Both the position numbers and the translations under genes were made by a program. 32,000 nt of DNA from Pseudodesulfovibrio mercurii (lineage in GTDB: Bacteria; Desulfobacterota; Desulfovibrionia; Desulfovibrionales; Desulfovibrionaceae): contig NC_016803.1 in NCBI RefSeq assembly GCF_000189295.2, positions 690,001 to 722,000 of the forward strand, written 5' to 3'. The first letter of the stretch is position 1. The number at the start of each line of letters is the position of its first letter. Shown one piece after another: positions 8,650 through 16,926 of the stretch. The notes below the pieces were generated by a model that saw nothing but the letters and a program-made list of their open reading frames with translations, had not been told where the DNA came from and did no database searches.

Positions 8650-10746
8650 ATGTCGCGCGATCCGCAGAAACGCCACGCCACCTTCTCCACCGCCAAGCGG
8701 CGCTCGGTCCTGACCCTGCTCATCCTCATCCCGTCGGCCCTGGCCAGCGCCTACGTGGGGTCCGTGCTGCCCGACAAGGGGTCCACCCCCCTGGAGCTGG
8801 CCATCATCATCGTCTACTCCATCCTCTTCGCCTGGATATCCGTGGGGTTCTGGACGGCCATCATGGGCTGGTTCACCCTCATGCGCCGCTACGATCGCTT
8901 CGCGGTCAGCCACGCCCTGGCCGAACCGCTCGCGCCGGGCGACGCCCCGCGCACGGCCGTGCTCTTCCCCATCTGCAACGAGGACACGCCGCGGGTCATG
9001 GCCGGGGTCAAGACCACCTATCTCTCCCTGCAACGCACCGGCAAGGCGGACCAGTTCGACATCCACATCCTGAGCGACTCGGGCAGCGCGGACAAATGGA
9101 TGGAGGAGGAGGCCGCCTGGGCCGGGCTGGTGGAGGAACTCGGGGCCCAGGGACGCATCTTCTACCGCAACCGCAAGGTCAACCTGAAGCGCAAGAGCGG
9201 CAACGTGGCCGACTTCTGCCGCCGCCACGGCAGGGACTACACCTACATGGCCGTGTTCGACGCGGACAGCGTCATGCGCGGGGACACCCTGTGCGACATG
9301 GTCCACATCATGGAGCGGCGGCCGCGCATCGGCATCCTCCAGACCGCCCCGGCCTGCTTCGGCCGCGACACCCTGCTCGGACGGCTGCAACAGTTCGCCA
9401 ACCGCGCCTACGGCCCCATGTTCGCGGCCGGGCTGCACTTCTGGCAGCTGGGCGACGCCCAGTACTGGGGCCACAACGCGCTCATCCGCGTGGACCCGTT
9501 CATGCGCCACTGCGGCCTGCCCCGGCTTTCCGGCAAGCCGCCGCTGGGCGGGGACATCCTCAGCCACGACTTCGTGGAGGCCGCGCTCATGCGCCGCGCG
9601 GGATGGGAGGTCTGGCTGGCCTTCGACCTGACCGGCAGCTGGGAGGAATGCCCGCCCAACCTGCTCTCGGAGCTGAAGCGGGACCGGCGCTGGTGCCAGG
9701 GCAACCTGCAACACCTGCGCCTGCTGTTCACCGAGGGGCTCTTCCCGGCCCACCGGGTGCTCTTTCTCAACGGGGCCATGAGCTACGTGTCCGCCCTGCT
9801 CTGGTTCCTCTTCCTGATGCTCTCCTCGGCCGAGGCCGTGCTCCAGGCCGTAGTCGGCCCGAGCTACTTCGCGGCCACGCGTTCCCTGTTCCCGGCCTGG
9901 CCGGTCTGGCAGCCCCTGTGGGCCCTGGTCCTGCTGGCCACCACGGGCGTCCTGCTCTTCTTCCCCAAGGTCCTGAGCTACCTGATGATCGTCCTCAAGA
10001 CCAGGCGGGCCCGTCAGTTCGGCGGCGCGGCCCGGCTGCTGACGAGCATCGTCCTGGAGGTGGCCTTCTCGACCCTGCTCGCGCCCATCCGCATGTTCTT
10101 CCACAGCAAGTTCGTGTGCATCACCCTGCTCGGCCGGAAGATCGGCTGGGGCTCGCAGCAGCGCGACGACCGGCCGACCACCTGGCGCGACGCCCTGCGC
10201 TTCCACGGCGGGGGCACGCTGTTCGGGCTGCTCTGGGGCGGCATCGTCTGGCTCTACGCCCCGCGCTTCTTCTGGTGGATCGCGCCCATCGTCCTGCCCA
10301 TCGTCCTGTCCATGCCCCTGTCCGTGCTGACCAGCCACGACGCGCCGGGCCGCTGGCTGCGCCGCAAGGGGCTGCTGCTCATCCCCGAGGAGACCTTCCC
10401 GGACAGCGAGATCGTGGACGTGACCCGCTTCACCGTGGAGTTCGAGAACGCCCCCGTGCCGCTCGGCCTGCCGCGCGAGGCGGGCTTCCTGCGCACCCTG
10501 CTCGACCCGGCTCTGAACGGCCTGCGCCGCGCCCTGCTCCTGCGCCACAGGCGCAATCCGGGCGAGGCCGCCCGCGCCCGCAACGCGCAATTGGTCAAAA
10601 AGGTCTTGGAAGGCGGCCCCAATGCGCTGTCCCAGAACGAAAAGCAGGTCCTGCTGCGCGACCCGGACGGCCTCCTGACCGTCCACCGCCAGGCCTGGAC
10701 CGCCAACGACGGCGCCGTGCGCAAGGCGTGGCTGAAGCGGGCCTGA
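8650..10746 (+). CDS. opgH: Glucans biosynthesis glucosyltransferase H (GT2, membrane)
   Basis: GT2 core (AVLFPICNED, FDADSVM, LQTAP, RDRRWCQGNLQH) flanked by multiple TM helices. Classic opgGH pairing. Confidence 0.92.
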   Translation: MSRDPQKRHATFSTAKRRSVLTLLILIPSALASAYVGSVLPDKGSTPLELAIIIVYSILFAWISVGFWTAIMGWFTLMRRYDRFAVSHALAEPLAPGDAPRTAVLFPICNEDTPRVMAGVKTTYLSLQRTGKADQFDIHILSDSGSADKWMEEEAAWAGLVEELGAQGRIFYRNRKVNLKRKSGNVADFCRRHGRDYTYMAVFDADSVMRGDTLCDMVHIMERRPRIGILQTAPACFGRDTLLGRLQQFANRAYGPMFAAGLHFWQLGDAQYWGHNALIRVDPFMRHCGLPRLSGKPPLGGDILSHDFVEAALMRRAGWEVWLAFDLTGSWEECPPNLLSELKRDRRWCQGNLQHLRLLFTEGLFPAHRVLFLNGAMSYVSALLWFLFLMLSSAEAVLQAVVGPSYFAATRSLFPAWPVWQPLWALVLLATTGVLLFFPKVLSYLMIVLKTRRARQFGGAARLLTSIVLEVAFSTLLAPIRMFFHSKFVCITLLGRKIGWGSQQRDDRPTTWRDALRFHGGGTLFGLLWGGIVWLYAPRFFWWIAPIVLPIVLSMPLSVLTSHDAPGRWLRRKGLLLIPEETFPDSEIVDVTRFTVEFENAPVPLGLPREAGFLRTLLDPALNGLRRALLLRHRRNPGEAARARNAQLVKKVLEGGPNALSQNEKQVLLRDPDGLLTVHRQAWTANDGAVRKAWLKRA

Positions 10747-10797
10747 ACCGGCCCGCAGGCTTGAGCCGGGGCCGATCCTCAATACACTATCATTCCA

Positions 10798-10825
10798 TTG
10801 ACCTGACGCCGGGGTGAGGTAAGAT
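10798..10825 (+). promoter_or_regulatory. Candidate sigma70-type promoter (TTGACC-N16-TAAGAT)
   Basis: Near-consensus hexamers in the opgH / tRNA-Lys spacer. No protein-coding gene lies downstream before the terminator at about 10959-10990. Confidence 0.35.
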
Positions 10826-10831
10826 GGGTCC

Positions 10832-10990
10832 TGCGCCGGAAAGACCGTCCGTCCGGCGCGGCCTGCGCCGTTTCCGGCGAACAACCCTGAACAGCGACGA
10901 GCAGATCCGTGAACCATATCGCCGACAACAGCACAGGCAACAGCCCGAAACGAAAAAACCCCGCCATTGCTGACGGGGTGTGTTTTCTGA
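10832..10990 (+). ncRNA. Candidate small RNA (about 150-160 nt), family unknown
   Basis: Bounded by the promoter above and by the hairpin CCCCG-N10-CGGGG plus TGTGTTTTCT. Internal GC hairpins are GCGCCGG-N13-CCGGCGC and CGCCG-TTTC-CGGCG. No credible ORF. Confidence 0.25.
10953..10990. terminator. Bidirectional hairpin terminator (ends the tRNA-Lys transcript on the minus strand)
   Basis: AAAAAA-CCCCG-CCATTGCTGA-CGGGG-TGTGTTTTCT. On the minus strand the stem is followed by TTTTTT. Confidence 0.65.
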
Positions 10991-10991
10991 G

Positions 10992-11067
10992 TGGTGGGTC
11001 ACCAAGGAATCGAACCTTGAACCTCCGGATTAAGAGTCCGCTGCTCTGCCAATTGAGCTAGTGACCC
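10992..11067 (-). tRNA. tRNA-Lys (anticodon CUU), CCA encoded
   Basis: Reverse complement folds as a cloverleaf: acceptor GGGTCAC/GTGACCC, D-arm GCTC-AATTGGCA-GAGC, anticodon loop CT-CTT-AA, T-arm CAAGG-TTCGATT-CCTTG, discriminator A, CCA. 76 nt. Confidence 0.92.
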
Positions 11068-11104
11068 ACTCGGTCGCGCCGTTGTTCGTCGCGACGGAGA
11101 GATA

Positions 11105-11131
11105 ACTATAAGTCGGCCCCGGAAAAGTCAA
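11105..11131 (-). promoter_or_regulatory. Candidate promoter of tRNA-Lys
   Basis: Minus strand reads TTGACT-N15-TATAGT (or N16-ATAGTT), preceded by an A/T-rich UP-like tract, about 40 nt upstream of the tRNA 5' end. Confidence 0.45.
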
Positions 11132-11165
11132 CCACAAATTTTCATTTTTTTCACACAGGACCTAA

Positions 11166-12998
11166 ATGCCCATAAACAAGCTTCTTTTTACCCTGCTCCT
11201 GAGTGCCCTCCTGTTCCTGCCCGCTACCCCGGCAAAGGCCCTGGTGCAGCCGTCCTCGCTGCCCATGGAGACCTCGGTGGAGCCCTTCGCCGTGTCTCCC
11301 GGCGCTGTCCGGCCGGGATCGCCGGGCGGCACCCTGCTGGCCCTGACCCTGCACATCCACAAGGACTGGTACGCCTATTCCAACGTGCCCGGCGAGACGG
11401 GCAAGCCCACGCGCCTGACCGCCACGGCCGCCGACGGCACCGGCCTGACCGTGTTCTACCCCAGGGGCAAGGACAAGCCGGACTCCTACGACCCGACCAT
11501 CACCGTGGCCGCCTACCTCGACGGGACCACCCTCTTCGTCCTGGTGCCCGACGACCTCGAAAACCGTTTTCCGGTGAACCTGTCCCTGGACCTGCTCCTG
11601 TGTCACCCGACCAAGTGCGTCCCGGCGCGCGTGGAGTTCGCCTTCGGCAAGGCCGGGCTCGACACGGCCACTCTGCCGCCCGCCGCAAGCCAGGTGTGGT
11701 GGGCCGGCTTCCGGAGCATGGTCCGGAGCGCGTCCCAGACACAGGCCGAGGCCGACGCCGAGGTCGACGCGGCCGTGATCGCCTGGCGATTCAGCCCGAC
11801 CTACTTCCAGCCCGGCCTCGAGGTGGGCGGACTGCTCTCGGCCGTGCTCATGGGGCTGCTGGCCGGACTCATCCTTAACGTCATGCCCTGCGTCCTGCCC
11901 GTGGTCAGTCTGAAGCTCTCCGCCCTGCTCGGGGCCGGGGCCGAGGGCGACCCCCACGCGCGCATCCGGGCCTTCCGGGAGCACAACGTATTCTTTGTCA
12001 TCGGGGTGCTGACCTTCTTCCTGTTTCTGGCCCTGGTCCTGGGGGCCACGGGCTCGGCCTGGGGCGCGCTCTTCCAGAACCGCTGGCTGGTGCTCGGCAT
12101 GGCCGCGATCATGGGCGCGCTGGCCCTCAGCCTGTTCGGCCTGTTCCACCTGCCGGTCATCGACCTCAAGTTCGGGGCCGGGCACAAGAACCCGCGCAAG
12201 CAGGCCTTCTTCACCGGCATGTTGACCACCCTGCTGGCCACCCCGTGCAGCGGCCCGTTCCTGGGCGGCGTGCTCGGCTGGGCCCTGATCCAGGGGCCGG
12301 TGATCATCGCCACGGTCTTCATCTGCATCGGCCTGGGCATGTCCGCGCCCTACCTGCTGCTCATCCTGAGCCCCGGCCTGTCGCGCTTCCTGCCGAGGTC
12401 CGGGCCGTGGATCGAGTACGTGGAAAAGGGCATCGCCTTCTTCCTGCTCGGCACCGCCTTCTACCTGCTCGGCATCGCCCTGGGCGGGCAGAGCCTGCGC
12501 GTCCTGGCCCCCCTGTGGGTCATCCTGTTCGGCGGCTGGCTGTGGGTCCGCTCCCGGACCGCCCGGCAGGGCACCCAGCTCATCCTGCGCGTCTCCATGC
12601 TCGTGCTCCTGGCCGTCACGGTCTACTGGACGACGCCCGGCACGGAGGTCCGGGCCGACCCGTGGGAGCACTTCAACCCCGTTGAGCTCGACCAATCGCT
12701 GGGCCAGGAGAAGATATTCCTGGAATTCACCGCCGACTGGTGCCCCACCTGCAAGGCGCTGGAGGCCACGGTCATGACCCGGTCCAACGTGGCCGAGTGG
12801 AAGGAACGCTACGGCGTCCGCTTCATCAAGGTGGACATGACAGAACGCGACCCCGAGGCCGAGGCCCTGCTGGCCGCGCTGGGCAGCCGCAGCCTGCCCA
12901 CGGCCGCCGTGTTCCGGGTGAACGGCCGCGAGACCCCGGTGGTCATCCGCGACCTGTACACCGCCGACCAGCTTGAAAACTTGCTGAAATCCCTTTAG
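11166..12998 (+). CDS. dsbD: Thiol:disulfide interchange protein DsbD (protein-disulfide reductase)
   Basis: Signal peptide, N-terminal periplasmic domain with LCHPTKC, CcdA-like TM core with MPCVLPV and TPCSGPFLGG, C-terminal thioredoxin fold with DWCPTCK. Confidence 0.9.
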   Translation: MPINKLLFTLLLSALLFLPATPAKALVQPSSLPMETSVEPFAVSPGAVRPGSPGGTLLALTLHIHKDWYAYSNVPGETGKPTRLTATAADGTGLTVFYPRGKDKPDSYDPTITVAAYLDGTTLFVLVPDDLENRFPVNLSLDLLLCHPTKCVPARVEFAFGKAGLDTATLPPAASQVWWAGFRSMVRSASQTQAEADAEVDAAVIAWRFSPTYFQPGLEVGGLLSAVLMGLLAGLILNVMPCVLPVVSLKLSALLGAGAEGDPHARIRAFREHNVFFVIGVLTFFLFLALVLGATGSAWGALFQNRWLVLGMAAIMGALALSLFGLFHLPVIDLKFGAGHKNPRKQAFFTGMLTTLLATPCSGPFLGGVLGWALIQGPVIIATVFICIGLGMSAPYLLLILSPGLSRFLPRSGPWIEYVEKGIAFFLLGTAFYLLGIALGGQSLRVLAPLWVILFGGWLWVRSRTARQGTQLILRVSMLVLLAVTVYWTTPGTEVRADPWEHFNPVELDQSLGQEKIFLEFTADWCPTCKALEATVMTRSNVAEWKERYGVRFIKVDMTERDPEAEALLAALGSRSLPTAAVFRVNGRETPVVIRDLYTADQLENLLKSL

Positions 12999-13024
12999 AA
13001 AGAGAAAAAACGAGGAGACGCTCC

Positions 13025-14221
13025 GTGCTCAACTTCCAATACTTCATGCCCACCCGCATCGTCTTCGGCCCCGACAGCCTCGACCGATTGGGCGACACCC
13101 CCCACCTGCCGCGCGGCGACAAGGCCATGATCGTCATCGGCGAATCCGGCGTGATGATCCACCAGGGCTACCTGGCCCGGGTCCAGTCCCAGCTGTCCAG
13201 ACAGGACGTCCAGACCATCGTCTACGACAGGATCAAGCCCAACCCGGAATCCGACGCCGTGGACGAGGCGGCCGCCATCTGCCGCGAAAAGGGCGTCAAG
13301 TTCGTGGTCGGCCTGGGCGGCGGCTCGACCATCGACTCGGCCAAGGCCATCGCCACCATGGCCACCAACCCCGGGAAATACTGGGACTACATGCAGTCCG
13401 GCTCGGGCGGCGGCCAGACCCCGGCGAACGAGCCCCTGCCCATCGTGGCCATCCCGACCACGGCGGGCACCGGCACCGAGGCCGACCCGTGGACGGTCAT
13501 CACCAAGTCCGGCACCGATTCGCGCGAGAAGCTCGGCTGGGGCTTTGACGGGACCTTCCCGGCCCTGTCCATCGTGGACCCCAAGCTGATGCTCTCCGTG
13601 CCGCCGAGGCAGACCGCCTACACCGGCATGGACGCCTTTTTCCACGCCACCGAGGCCTACCTGGCCACCTGCCGCCAGCCGGCCAGCGACATGCTCGCCC
13701 TGGAGGCCGTGCACCTCATCAGCCACACCCTGCCCCAGGCCGTGGCCGAGGGCGACAACCTGGAGGCGCGGACCGTCATGGCCTGGGCCTGCACCGCGGC
13801 CGGGCTGTGCGAGACCTATTCCTCGTGCATCTCCCAGCACTCCCTGGAGCACGCCCTGTCCGCCTTCCACCCCAACCTGCCCCACGGGGCCGGGCTGGTG
13901 CTGCTGTCCAAGGCGTATTTCGGCTTCCTGGCCGCTCGGGGCGAGGAACGGCTGGGCGACCTGGCCCTGGCCATGGGCGACACCCTGGAGGAAAACCTGG
14001 AGGAGGAAGTGACCGGCCTGGCCTTTCTCGACGCCCTGGACGCCCTCATCACCGGGGTCGGCCTGGACGAGGAGAAGCTGTCCGACTACGGCGTGACCCG
14101 CGAGGAGATCCCGGCCCTGGCCGAAAACGCCCTGGCCACCATGGGCGCGCTGTTCGACGTCACCCCCGTGGACATGACCGTGGAGGACGTCATCGCCATC
14201 TTTGAGGCGGCCTACGAATAA
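13025..14221 (+). CDS. Iron-containing (group III) alcohol dehydrogenase
   Basis: GTG start 7 nt after an AGGAG Shine-Dalgarno. NFQYFMPTRIVFG N-terminus, GGGSTIDSAKAIA, and metal-binding His cluster (FHATEAY, HSLEHALSAFHPNLPHGAG). Confidence 0.88.
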   Translation: MLNFQYFMPTRIVFGPDSLDRLGDTPHLPRGDKAMIVIGESGVMIHQGYLARVQSQLSRQDVQTIVYDRIKPNPESDAVDEAAAICREKGVKFVVGLGGGSTIDSAKAIATMATNPGKYWDYMQSGSGGGQTPANEPLPIVAIPTTAGTGTEADPWTVITKSGTDSREKLGWGFDGTFPALSIVDPKLMLSVPPRQTAYTGMDAFFHATEAYLATCRQPASDMLALEAVHLISHTLPQAVAEGDNLEARTVMAWACTAAGLCETYSSCISQHSLEHALSAFHPNLPHGAGLVLLSKAYFGFLAARGEERLGDLALAMGDTLEENLEEEVTGLAFLDALDALITGVGLDEEKLSDYGVTREEIPALAENALATMGALFDVTPVDMTVEDVIAIFEAAYE

Positions 14222-14240
14222 GCGACCGATTCATACGGAA

Positions 14241-14271
14241 AAAGGAAGGCTCCCCTCGGGGAGCCTTTTTT
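14241..14271. terminator. Bidirectional terminator between convergent genes
   Basis: AAAGGAA-GGCTCC-CCTCGG-GGAGCC-TTTTTT, flanked by an A-tract and a T-tract. Confidence 0.8.
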
Positions 14272-14660
14272 CATTCGGACAGAAGCGGCTCGCCGAGGAG
14301 CCATTCCTGGGCCTCCTGCTGGGAGCGGAAACTCCTGTAGGAGGCGGAGCGGTTGACCAGGGCGGTCTCCACCAGGCGGCTGGTCTCCGGGTTGTGCGGG
14401 TTGGACAGGACGGCCAGGCGCAGGCCGAGCTTGGCCGTGCCCTGATCCTCCAGGAAGTTGGCGAAGGTGATGATGTCGAGCGGCGAGAGATCCAGGCGTA
14501 AGGTGCGGTTGTCCACCAGGATGCGCGTCCGCCGGGCCTCCCGCGCCTTGGCCACCAGCTTCAGCGCCCACTCGATGAAGGTCTCGGCGTCATCCACCAC
14601 GCCGTCGGTGATGCACAGGAGATACTCGTTCTTGGACGTGAATATCTGGGTATAGGCCAT
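14271..14660 (-). CDS. Hypothetical protein (129 aa)
   Basis: High GC3. The ATG at 14660 is preceded by a GAGGGAAGC Shine-Dalgarno; the longer ORF start at 14696 lacks one. No motif I can assign. Confidence 0.6.
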   Translation of the reverse strand: MAYTQIFTSKNEYLLCITDGVVDDAETFIEWALKLVAKAREARRTRILVDNRTLRLDLSPLDIITFANFLEDQGTAKLGLRLAVLSNPHNPETSRLVETALVNRSASYRSFRSQQEAQEWLLGEPLLSE

Positions 14661-14752
14661 GCTTCCCTCGCTGGTTGCGGACGCGGGGCGAAACAATCCG
14701 CCCCGTCTGCCTCTACTACACTCGCCGAAAACAGTTCAACCCCGTTATCGCC

Positions 14753-15976
14753 CTATTCCACGGGAATCATGTCGTAGCGGTCGCCCGAGATGCAGCGGCA
14801 GCCGTCGGCGGTGATCTCGAAGGTGTTCTCCACCCCGACCATGGCCACGCCGCGGATGCCCTGCTTGGGCTCCAGGGCGATGACCATGCCCTGCTCCAGC
14901 GGCTGGGTGAATCCCTTGGCCATGGGCGGGTACTCGTCCACGGTCAGGCCGATGCCGTGGCCCACGAACGGGACCCGGTTCTCGTCCAGCCCCATGAAGC
15001 CGTCGGCGAAGCCCTGCCGCTCGGCCTCGTCCAGGCAGTGCAGGTAGAGTTCCTCCGGGGTCACGCCCGGCTTGGCCGTGGCGCACATCCAGTCCTGGAG
15101 CTCCATGCAGAACTCGTGGGCCCGGCGGACGTCGTCGGGGATGGCCGACGCGGGCCCGGCGAAATAGGCCTGGGTCTTGTCCGTGTGGTAGCCCTCGAGC
15201 TGGAAGCCGATGTCGAGCATGAGCGGTTCGCCCGGCTCCCATATCTTGTGCACGTTGCCCATCAGTGCCGAGGCCGGGTGTTCGCCGCGCAATCCGAGGG
15301 GGCCGTTGAACCCGCTGGGATAGTTGCCGGAGTCCCCGGCGGACACGTGGCCGAGGAAGGCCTCCTCGCCGTGGGCCTGCATGCGGATGATGCCCATGTG
15401 CCCCTCGGCGAAAAAGACCTCCCACGCCTTGTGGGCGATCTCGCGCTCGGTCATGCCGGGATGGAGCAGGGGCGGCAGGATGTCGTACAGGCAGCGGTGG
15501 TGCCGCTCGCCGCAGCGGCGCAGGATGTCCAGCTCGAACTCGGACTTGACCATCTTGGCCAGGGCCACGGCGTGGTCGCCGGGCACGATGGCGTAGTCCT
15601 TGAGCTTGTCCGCCAGCATGATCCCGAGCTGCCAGGTCAGCCCGGCCATGACCGCCGCCAGGGTGGGCGTGAAGGGGCTGCCCGCGTCGGCACACAGGCC
15701 GGGCAGTTCGCCGTAGGACTTGAACGGCAGGATGTGCCGGACCCCCGCCTCCAGCCGGGCGCGGTTGACGCCCTTGCGGATGAGCAGCACGGGCTCGCCG
15801 TCAAGCGGCAGCCAGAGCACGCCCTGGCCGAAGGTGCCGGTCAGGTAATAGATGTTCAGCCGGGAAAAGACCAGGATGCCGCCCGCTTCCGGGGCGATAT
15901 GGCGCAGGTGGCGCCGGACGGCGTCCCAGCGGCGCGAGAGTTCCTCTTGTGGGATGCGGGCGATGGCTTCGAACAT
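14753..15976 (-). CDS. M24-family metallopeptidase (Xaa-Pro aminopeptidase / creatinase-like fold)
   Basis: The ATG at 15976 is preceded by AAGGAG. Creatinase-like N-domain, then pita-bread fold motifs (MLDIGFQLEGYHTDKT, GHGIGLTVDEYP, VIALEPK, VGVENT). Confidence 0.85.
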   Translation of the reverse strand: MFEAIARIPQEELSRRWDAVRRHLRHIAPEAGGILVFSRLNIYYLTGTFGQGVLWLPLDGEPVLLIRKGVNRARLEAGVRHILPFKSYGELPGLCADAGSPFTPTLAAVMAGLTWQLGIMLADKLKDYAIVPGDHAVALAKMVKSEFELDILRRCGERHHRCLYDILPPLLHPGMTEREIAHKAWEVFFAEGHMGIIRMQAHGEEAFLGHVSAGDSGNYPSGFNGPLGLRGEHPASALMGNVHKIWEPGEPLMLDIGFQLEGYHTDKTQAYFAGPASAIPDDVRRAHEFCMELQDWMCATAKPGVTPEELYLHCLDEAERQGFADGFMGLDENRVPFVGHGIGLTVDEYPPMAKGFTQPLEQGMVIALEPKQGIRGVAMVGVENTFEITADGCRCISGDRYDMIPVE

Positions 15977-16057
15977 GGCGGCTCCTTGGGGATTATCGGC
16001 TAGGCAATCGGAAGGCTTTGCTGTACAACGGCCTCTCAATCTGCGAGGTATCGAGCA

Positions 16058-16477
16058 ATGTTGATCGACATGAAAGAGCTAGCGCCCCTGCTGCGCGAGG
16101 TCAAGACCATCGCCGTGGTCGGCGCCGTGGACAAGCCCGGCCGCCCCGTGGACATGGTCGGCCGCGCCCTCATCGACATGGGCTTCAACGTCATCCCGGT
16201 CCATCCCAAGCGCAGCGACGTCTGGGGGCTGCCCACCTACCCCGCCCTCGGCGACATCCCCGTGCCCGTGGACCTGGTGGACGTGTTCCGGGCCCCGCAG
16301 TTCTGCCCGGACCACGCCCGCGAGGCCCTGGCCCTCGATCCGCTGCCCAAAATCTTCTGGATGCAGTCCGGCATCGTCAGCCCCGAGGCCCGGCAGATAC
16401 TGGCCGGAAGCGGCATCACCGTGGTTGAGGACCGCTGCACCAAGGTCGAGATGCAGGCCATGGGGATCCGTCCATGA
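16058..16477 (+). CDS. CoA-binding domain protein (YccU/YneT-like)
   Basis: KTIAVVGAVDKPGRPV Rossmann-like start, VIPVHPK, VDLVDVFR, WMQSG pattern typical of the family. Confidence 0.8.
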   Translation: MLIDMKELAPLLREVKTIAVVGAVDKPGRPVDMVGRALIDMGFNVIPVHPKRSDVWGLPTYPALGDIPVPVDLVDVFRAPQFCPDHAREALALDPLPKIFWMQSGIVSPEARQILAGSGITVVEDRCTKVEMQAMGIRP

Positions 16478-16911
16478 CCGTGGCCGCCTTCGAATGCCGC
16501 ATGTGCGGCCACTGCTGCCAGGGCGAGGGCGGCATCGTCATGACCGACAAGGATTGCGTGCGGCTGGCCGACTTCCTGCACATCACCGTGGACGAGCTGG
16601 TCGCGCGCTACGCCCAGACGCGCGGCGGCAAGATTCAGCTCGGCGTGGGCGAGGACGACTACTGCGTCTTCTACAAGGAAGGCTGCTCGGTGCACCCCGG
16701 CCGCCCGGACATCTGCCGCGCCTGGCCCTACTTCCGGGGCAACCTCATCGACGAGACCAGCTGGGAGATGATCCAGGAGTACTGTCCCGGCGTGAACCCC
16801 GAGGCCGGGCACGCGGAGTTCGTCCGCCAGGGACGCGCCTATTTGCGCGAGCACGATCTTTTGCGCTATGATCCCGACACGTCGCCCAACGCGCTGATTT
16901 CCGACGAATAA
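16474..16911 (+). CDS. YkgJ-family (UPF0153) cysteine-cluster protein
   Basis: FECRMCGHCC plus CVFY...GCSVHPGRPDICRAWP motif set. ATGA overlap with the upstream gene. Confidence 0.8.
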   Translation: MTVAAFECRMCGHCCQGEGGIVMTDKDCVRLADFLHITVDELVARYAQTRGGKIQLGVGEDDYCVFYKEGCSVHPGRPDICRAWPYFRGNLIDETSWEMIQEYCPGVNPEAGHAEFVRQGRAYLREHDLLRYDPDTSPNALISDE

Positions 16912-16926
16912 CCAAGGACGCTTCCC

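Noticed and set aside
5008-10917. Long antisense or alternative-frame ORFs over the kinase, opgG and opgH (5008..6540 minus, 6687..8306 minus, 8410..10917 minus, 8577..10817 plus).
   Set aside because: Same reasoning. The sense frames carry clear HisKA/HATPase, MdoG and GT2 motifs and high GC3, whereas the shadow ORFs are low-complexity.
10779-11005. Minus-strand small ORFs (62 and 71 aa) downstream of tRNA-Lys, one with a hydrophobic N-terminus (possible type I toxin-like peptide).
   Set aside because: The 62-aa ORF's start codon lies inside the loop of the tRNA terminator hairpin. The 71-aa ORF starts inside the tRNA-Lys gene itself. The 62-aa ORF has markedly lower GC3 than real genes here, and no Shine-Dalgarno.
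10992-11165. tRNA-Lys as a possible integration site for a mobile element.
   Set aside because: There is no integrase, no duplicated tRNA 3' end and no compositional shift on either side. Both flanking genes (opgH, dsbD) are host-like.
15993-16020. Sigma-28-like element CAAA-N16-GCCGATAA (minus strand) upstream of the M24 peptidase gene.
   Set aside because: The -35 is imperfect and the spacer is one nt long. The -10 ends only about 19 nt before the ATG, so the AAGGAG Shine-Dalgarno would be at or before the TSS. This is most likely a chance match.
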